A DNA stretch of 64,000 nt from Chitinophagaceae bacterium (GTDB lineage Bacteria; Bacteroidota; Bacteroidia; Chitinophagales; Chitinophagaceae). The notes under the pieces were generated by a model. The model was not told where the DNA came from. It made no database searches and was given only the letters and a program-made list of their open reading frames with translations. Below, piece by piece: positions 59,081-64,000 of this stretch (its first letter is position 1; the number at the start of each line of letters is the position of its first letter). The translations under genes were made by a program, and so were the position numbers. The stretch lies in NCBI GenBank assembly GCA_031360765.1, contig JANMBZ010000023.1, positions 15,016-79,015 on the forward strand, read 5' to 3'.

Positions 59081-60394
59081 ATGAAAATTGCAGTAGTTGG
59101 AACAGGTTATGTAGGTTTGGTAACCGGTACTTGTTTTGCAGAAACCGGCAATAGTGTTACCTGTGTTGATATTGATGCGACAAAAATTAATAAGCTAAAT
59201 GGCGGCGAACTTACCATTTATGAGCCTGGCCTTGAAAAACTTTTTCTTAGGAACCAGAAAGAAGGCCGCCTGCATTTTACAACCAATTTAATTGAAGGTA
59301 TTGCAGGTGCTCAAATCATTTTTTTAGCATTGCCTACACCACCCGGTGAAGATGGAAGTGCCGACTTAAAATATATACTGGGTGTGGCTGATGATTTGGG
59401 AAAGATAATTTCTGACTACGTTATTATTATTGATAAAAGCACTGTACCTGTTGGCACTGCCGATAAAGTGCATGCTGCCGTTGCTAAAAATGCAACAGTT
59501 GAATTTGATATTGTTTCCAACCCGGAATTTTTACGTGAAGGTGTGGCCGTAGATGATTTTATGAAACCTGATCGTGTGGTTATTGGCACCACATCCGAAA
59601 GAGCAAAAAAAATATTGAACGATTTGTATCTGCCATTTGTTCGCCAGGGCAATCCAATTATTTATATGGATGAAAAAAGTGCCGAGCTCACAAAATATGC
59701 GGCCAATTCTTTTCTGGCAACCAAGATCACTTTTATGAATGAGATTGCAAATCTCTGTGAATTGTTAGGTGCAGATGTGGATATGGTACGCAAAGGCATT
59801 GGCAGCGATGAACGCATTGGTAAACGTTTTTTATTCCCAGGCATTGGTTATGGCGGCAGTTGCTTTCCTAAAGATGTGCAGGCACTTGCAAGATCATCAT
59901 CTGAAGTTAATTACGATTTTAAAATTTTAGATGCAGTAATGGATGTAAATGAAAAACAGAAATTGCATTTAATACCGCACATAAAAAATTATTTTGGTAA
60001 TGATCTGAAAGGTAAAAAAATTGCTGTTTGGGGTTTGGCTTTTAAACCAAATACCGATGATATACGTGAAGCACCTGCCTTAACTATTATTGATGCTTTA
60101 CTTGGCGAAGGTGCAATTGTATCTGGATACGACCCCGAAGCTATGAATAATGTAAAAGCATTGTATGCGGATAAGATTAATTTTGCAGAGCACCAGTACG
60201 ATGCACTTGTTGATGCAGATGCATTGGTAATTGCTACAGAATGGAGTGAGTTTAGAACACCGGATTTTAATAACATAGTTACCTTGTTAAAAAATAAAGT
60301 AATTTTCGATGGCAGAAACCTCTTTGATCTTAATAAAATGGAAGAGCTTGGTTTTTATTATGTGAGTGTGGGAAGAAAAACAATTAAACCTTAA
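59081..60394 (+). CDS. ugd: UDP-glucose 6-dehydrogenase
   Basis: GTGYVG, NPEFLREG, GGSCFPKD. Confidence 0.92.
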   Translation: MKIAVVGTGYVGLVTGTCFAETGNSVTCVDIDATKINKLNGGELTIYEPGLEKLFLRNQKEGRLHFTTNLIEGIAGAQIIFLALPTPPGEDGSADLKYILGVADDLGKIISDYVIIIDKSTVPVGTADKVHAAVAKNATVEFDIVSNPEFLREGVAVDDFMKPDRVVIGTTSERAKKILNDLYLPFVRQGNPIIYMDEKSAELTKYAANSFLATKITFMNEIANLCELLGADVDMVRKGIGSDERIGKRFLFPGIGYGGSCFPKDVQALARSSSEVNYDFKILDAVMDVNEKQKLHLIPHIKNYFGNDLKGKKIAVWGLAFKPNTDDIREAPALTIIDALLGEGAIVSGYDPEAMNNVKALYADKINFAEHQYDALVDADALVIATEWSEFRTPDFNNIVTLLKNKVIFDGRNLFDLNKMEELGFYYVSVGRKTIKP

Positions 60395-60411
60395 ACTTTT
60401 AAACCTCTTCA

Positions 60412-61395
60412 GTGGCAAACAAAAAAGTACTCATAACAGGCGCAGCAGGTTTTTTAGGAAGTCATCTTTGCGACCGTTTTATTAAAGAAGGTTTTCAGGT
60501 GATGGGCATGGATAATTTAATAACCGGCGATCTTAAAAACATTGAGCATCTTTTTAAATTAAAAGAGTTTGAATTTTATCATCATGATGTTTCTAAATTT
60601 ATACATGTAACCGGCCAGCTGGATTATATTTTACATTTTGCATCGCCGGCAAGCCCAATTGATTATTTAAAAATTCCCATTCAAACTTTAAAAGTAAGTT
60701 CGCTGGGTACGCATAATTGTTTAGGATTAGCAAAAGCAAAAAACGCCCGGATATTAGTTGCTTCAACCAGTGAAGTGTATGGCGATCCTTTGGTGCATCC
60801 GCAAACAGAAGCATACTGGGGAAATGTAAATCCTGTTGGCCCACGTGGTGTGTATGATGAAGCCAAACGCTTTATGGAAGCCATCACCATGGCCTATCAT
60901 ACTTTTCATGATGTTGAAACGAGGATCATTAGAATATTCAATACTTACGGACCAAGAATGCGCCTTAACGATGGCCGTGCATTGCCAGCATTTATTGGCC
61001 AGGCATTGCGTGGTGAGGATCTTACTGTTTTTGGTGATGGCAGCCAAACCCGCAGTTTTTGTTATGTAGATGACCTGGTTGATGGCATTTACCGGTTGCT
61101 GATGAGTGAATATTCGGAACCTGTAAATATTGGTAATCCTGATGAAATTTCTTTACTTGATTTTGCAGAAGAAATTATCAAACTAACCGGCAGCAAACAA
61201 AAAATTGTTTTTAAACCTTTGCCAACCGATGATCCCAAGCAACGCCAGCCCGATATAACAAAAGCGAAAGCATTGTTGGGCTGGGAGCCAAAAGTATCAA
61301 GAGCCGAGGGCTTAAAAATAACATATGAGTATTTTAAAAGTTTACCTGTAGCGGAACTTAATAAATTACCAAAAGAGTTTGAAAGTAAAAGCTGA
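60412..61395 (+). CDS. UDP-glucuronate decarboxylase family
   Basis: GAAGFLG, ASPASP, STSEVYG, YDEAKR. Confidence 0.9.
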   Translation: MANKKVLITGAAGFLGSHLCDRFIKEGFQVMGMDNLITGDLKNIEHLFKLKEFEFYHHDVSKFIHVTGQLDYILHFASPASPIDYLKIPIQTLKVSSLGTHNCLGLAKAKNARILVASTSEVYGDPLVHPQTEAYWGNVNPVGPRGVYDEAKRFMEAITMAYHTFHDVETRIIRIFNTYGPRMRLNDGRALPAFIGQALRGEDLTVFGDGSQTRSFCYVDDLVDGIYRLLMSEYSEPVNIGNPDEISLLDFAEEIIKLTGSKQKIVFKPLPTDDPKQRQPDITKAKALLGWEPKVSRAEGLKITYEYFKSLPVAELNKLPKEFESKS

Positions 61396-61431
61396 TTATC
61401 CCTTATTAAATTATCAATTATCCATTAAAAG

Positions 61432-62721
61432 ATGTACCAGGATTTACTAGAAAAGAAAAAGACATTGGCTGTAATTGGCCTTGGTTATGTGGGACTGCCC
61501 ATTGCACTTGAATTTGCAAAAAAGATAAAAGTAATTGGCTTTGATATTAATGCAGAGCGTGTGGAAATGATGCGTAATAAAATTGATCCCAGCCAGGAGC
61601 TTGAATCAACAGCTTTTGATGGATGCGATATCGAATTTACAAACGATTTGGATGTTTTACGCAAAGCAAATTTCTTTATAGTTGCAGTGCCCACACCGGT
61701 TGATGAACACAATGTGCCCGATCTTATCCCCGTAACACGTGCCAGTGAAACTATAGGCAAGGTTATTAAAAAAGGAGATTATGTGGTTTATGAAAGCACG
61801 GTTTATCCTGGTTGTACAGAAGAAGATTGTGTACCGATCATTGAAAAATTATCTGGTTTAAAAATGACGGCTGATTATATGATCGGTTATTCACCCGAAA
61901 GAATAAACCCCGGTGATAAGGAACATACCATCAGCACAATCATAAAAGTAGTAAGTGGTTGCTGCGCCGAAAGCCTTGATAATATTGCAAAAGTTTATGA
62001 GCTTGTTGTAAAAGCTGGTGTACACAGAGCATCCAGTATTAAAGTTGCTGAAGCTGCAAAAATAATTGAGAACACGCAGCGTGATCTGAATATCGCTTTG
62101 ATGAATGAGTTATCTATCATCTTCGATAAAATGAATATCAACACCTACGAAGTGCTGGAAGCAGCAGGCACCAAATGGAATTTTTTAAAGTTTCAACCGG
62201 GCCTTGTTGGCGGGCATTGCATCGGTGTTGATCCGTATTATCTTACCTACAAATCAAAACAACTGGGTTACAACTCGCAGGTAATTTTAGCCGGTCGTTA
62301 TATAAATGATGCCATGGCGGGTTACGTGGCAAGAAAAATATTGCAGAATATCATTCAAACCAATGGTAATGTTAAAGATGCCAAAGTATTAGTGATGGGG
62401 GCCACGTTTAAAGAAAATGTAAGTGATATCCGAAACAGTAAAGTTGCTGATGTTATTAAGGAACTGAAAGCTTTTTCGTTGAATGTACATGTTACAGATC
62501 CACATGCAGATAGTGCAGAACTGATGCATGAATATGGTTTTGAGCTTACACCTGAATTAAGTAATGATTATGATGCCGTATTGGTTACTGTACCGCATGA
62601 TGACTATAAAAAATTAGACGATAACCATTTTGCATCAATAACAAAGGCCGATGCTATTGTTGCCGATTTAAAAGGTATTTACCGCAATAAAATAACTACA
62701 AGAAAATACTGGAGCCTGTAA
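61432..62721 (+). CDS. UDP-N-acetylhexosamine 6-dehydrogenase (WbpO/TviB-like)
   Basis: GLGYVG, YSPERINPG, GGHCIGVDP. Confidence 0.88.
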   Translation: MYQDLLEKKKTLAVIGLGYVGLPIALEFAKKIKVIGFDINAERVEMMRNKIDPSQELESTAFDGCDIEFTNDLDVLRKANFFIVAVPTPVDEHNVPDLIPVTRASETIGKVIKKGDYVVYESTVYPGCTEEDCVPIIEKLSGLKMTADYMIGYSPERINPGDKEHTISTIIKVVSGCCAESLDNIAKVYELVVKAGVHRASSIKVAEAAKIIENTQRDLNIALMNELSIIFDKMNINTYEVLEAAGTKWNFLKFQPGLVGGHCIGVDPYYLTYKSKQLGYNSQVILAGRYINDAMAGYVARKILQNIIQTNGNVKDAKVLVMGATFKENVSDIRNSKVADVIKELKAFSLNVHVTDPHADSAELMHEYGFELTPELSNDYDAVLVTVPHDDYKKLDDNHFASITKADAIVADLKGIYRNKITTRKYWSL

Positions 62722-62723
62722 AA

Positions 62724-62756
62724 GCCTCACCCCAACCCCTCTCCAAAGGAGAGGGA
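62724..62756. repeat. REP-like element CCTCACCCCAACCCCTCTCCAAAGGAGAGGG
   Basis: CCCTCTCC-AAA-GGAGAGGG hairpin with pyrimidine arm. Confidence 0.65.
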
Positions 62757-62835
62757 ACTGGAATGGGGAGTCTTGTGGTATAAAATTATTTTTAAACAAT
62801 AAAACATTTTCTCCGTAAGCTAACGGAATAGGCGC

Positions 62836-63825
62836 ATGGATAACTTTCATACAAAAGATATAAGCCAGTCTTCTTTTTTAATTACGGGAGGTGCTGGATT
62901 TATCGGAAGCCATATTGCAGAATACTTATTAAAAAATGGTGCAGCAAAAGTAAGGGTGCTTGATAACTTAGCGAATGGATTTCAATCTAACCTCAACATA
63001 CTCAGGCAATACAATCAATTTGAATTTATTGAAGGCGATATCAGGAATATTGATATATGCAACCAGGCTTGCAGCGGTATTGATTATGTAAGTCACCAGG
63101 CTGCATTGGGCTCTGTACCACGTAGCATTAAAGAGCCGGTTTATTTTACCGAGGTAAATATTGGGGGCTTTGCAAACATGCTTAAAGCTGCGGCTGATAA
63201 TAACATCAAACAGTTTGTGTACGCTTCTTCATCGTCGGTTTATGGGGATGAACCTACCTTACCCAAACTGGAAAGTAAAGTTGGTAATTGCCTTTCGCCT
63301 TATGCTGCCACAAAAAAAACAAATGAATTATACGCTCAGGTTTTTGCAGATGTTTATGGTATAAAACTGATGGGCTTTCGTTACTTCAATATTTTTGGTC
63401 CACGCCAGGATCCTGACGGGGCCTACGCTGCAGTAATTCCTTTATTTGTAAAACACATTATGAACCGCACCGAAGTTTTTATTAACGGCGATGGTGCACA
63501 AACCCGTGATTTTACTTTTATTGATAATGCGGTACAGGTAAATATAAAAGGAATGCTTACGGATAATGCAGAAGCATTGAACAAAGTTTATAATGTTGCT
63601 GTGGGCGAAAATTTTTCGGTAAATTATCTCTACAATGCTTGTGTAGATTATTTAAAAAGTGATTTTGCTGCAACATACCGGGAACCAAGAGCCGGCGACA
63701 TCAGGAATTCATTGGCTGATATTTCGTTGGCAAAAAATTTACTAGACTACCAACCGGTAAAAAAATTTGAAGCAGGTTTGGAGGAAACTATTGAGTTTTT
63801 TAAACAAAAGTATATCAATGGATAA
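62836..63825 (+). CDS. UDP-GlcNAc 4-epimerase (WbpP/TviC-like)
   Basis: GGAGFIG, HQAALGSVPRS, YAATK, RYFNIFG. Confidence 0.88.
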   Translation: MDNFHTKDISQSSFLITGGAGFIGSHIAEYLLKNGAAKVRVLDNLANGFQSNLNILRQYNQFEFIEGDIRNIDICNQACSGIDYVSHQAALGSVPRSIKEPVYFTEVNIGGFANMLKAAADNNIKQFVYASSSSVYGDEPTLPKLESKVGNCLSPYAATKKTNELYAQVFADVYGIKLMGFRYFNIFGPRQDPDGAYAAVIPLFVKHIMNRTEVFINGDGAQTRDFTFIDNAVQVNIKGMLTDNAEALNKVYNVAVGENFSVNYLYNACVDYLKSDFAATYREPRAGDIRNSLADISLAKNLLDYQPVKKFEAGLEETIEFFKQKYING

Positions 63826-63940
63826 TTTGGTAATTGATAATAATAAAAACTGTTTGCTAAAAAGCTTACTCAGTAATTCTGCGAGCATTATCCATTAACT
63901 AAGTATCCATTATCCACTAAAAGAATTATCAATTAAATAA

Positions 63941-64000
63941 ATGGCAATTATAAAAACAGAATTTCCCGGATTGATAATTTTTGAACCAACTGTATTAAAA
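63941..64000 (+). CDS. rfbC: Start of probable dTDP-4-dehydrorhamnose 3,5-epimerase, truncated by the window
   Basis: MAIIKTEFPGLIIFEPTVLK in a sugar-nucleotide operon; only 20 codons visible. Confidence 0.6.
   Translation, partial: MAIIKTEFPGLIIFEPTVLK

Overview
Bacteroidota chromosome (Chitinophagaceae-like, judged from gene content and TAnnTTTG promoter motifs). About 1-40250 is the right part of a large integrated element and 40299-64000 is ordinary host genes. The element has three blocks. (1) 305-20852 is a tightly coupled minus-strand module resembling a tailless, membrane-containing provirus: three tandem beta-rich candidate jelly-roll proteins, many small membrane proteins, an annexin-repeat protein, a transglutaminase-like Cys-His-Asp protease, lysis genes, a RadC-MTase-helicase polyvalent protein and a RadA/Sms-like ATPase. 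No terminase, portal or tail gene is recognisable. At least seven of its proteins share a Gly motif (about [LV]-[NSE]-G-[LFM]-x-G), often at domain junctions, suggesting polyprotein maturation by the encoded protease. (2) 21326-32238 is a YD/RHS toxin locus with a catalytically dead glutathione-peroxidase homologue and a putative immunity gene broken by a stop codon. (3) 33112-40028 is an AT-rich defence block ending in Sir2-HerA with a KTSC fusion. A tRNA-Pro-like 3' fragment at 40236-40250 is the likely right attachment site. All family calls are from motif recognition by eye; no searches were run.
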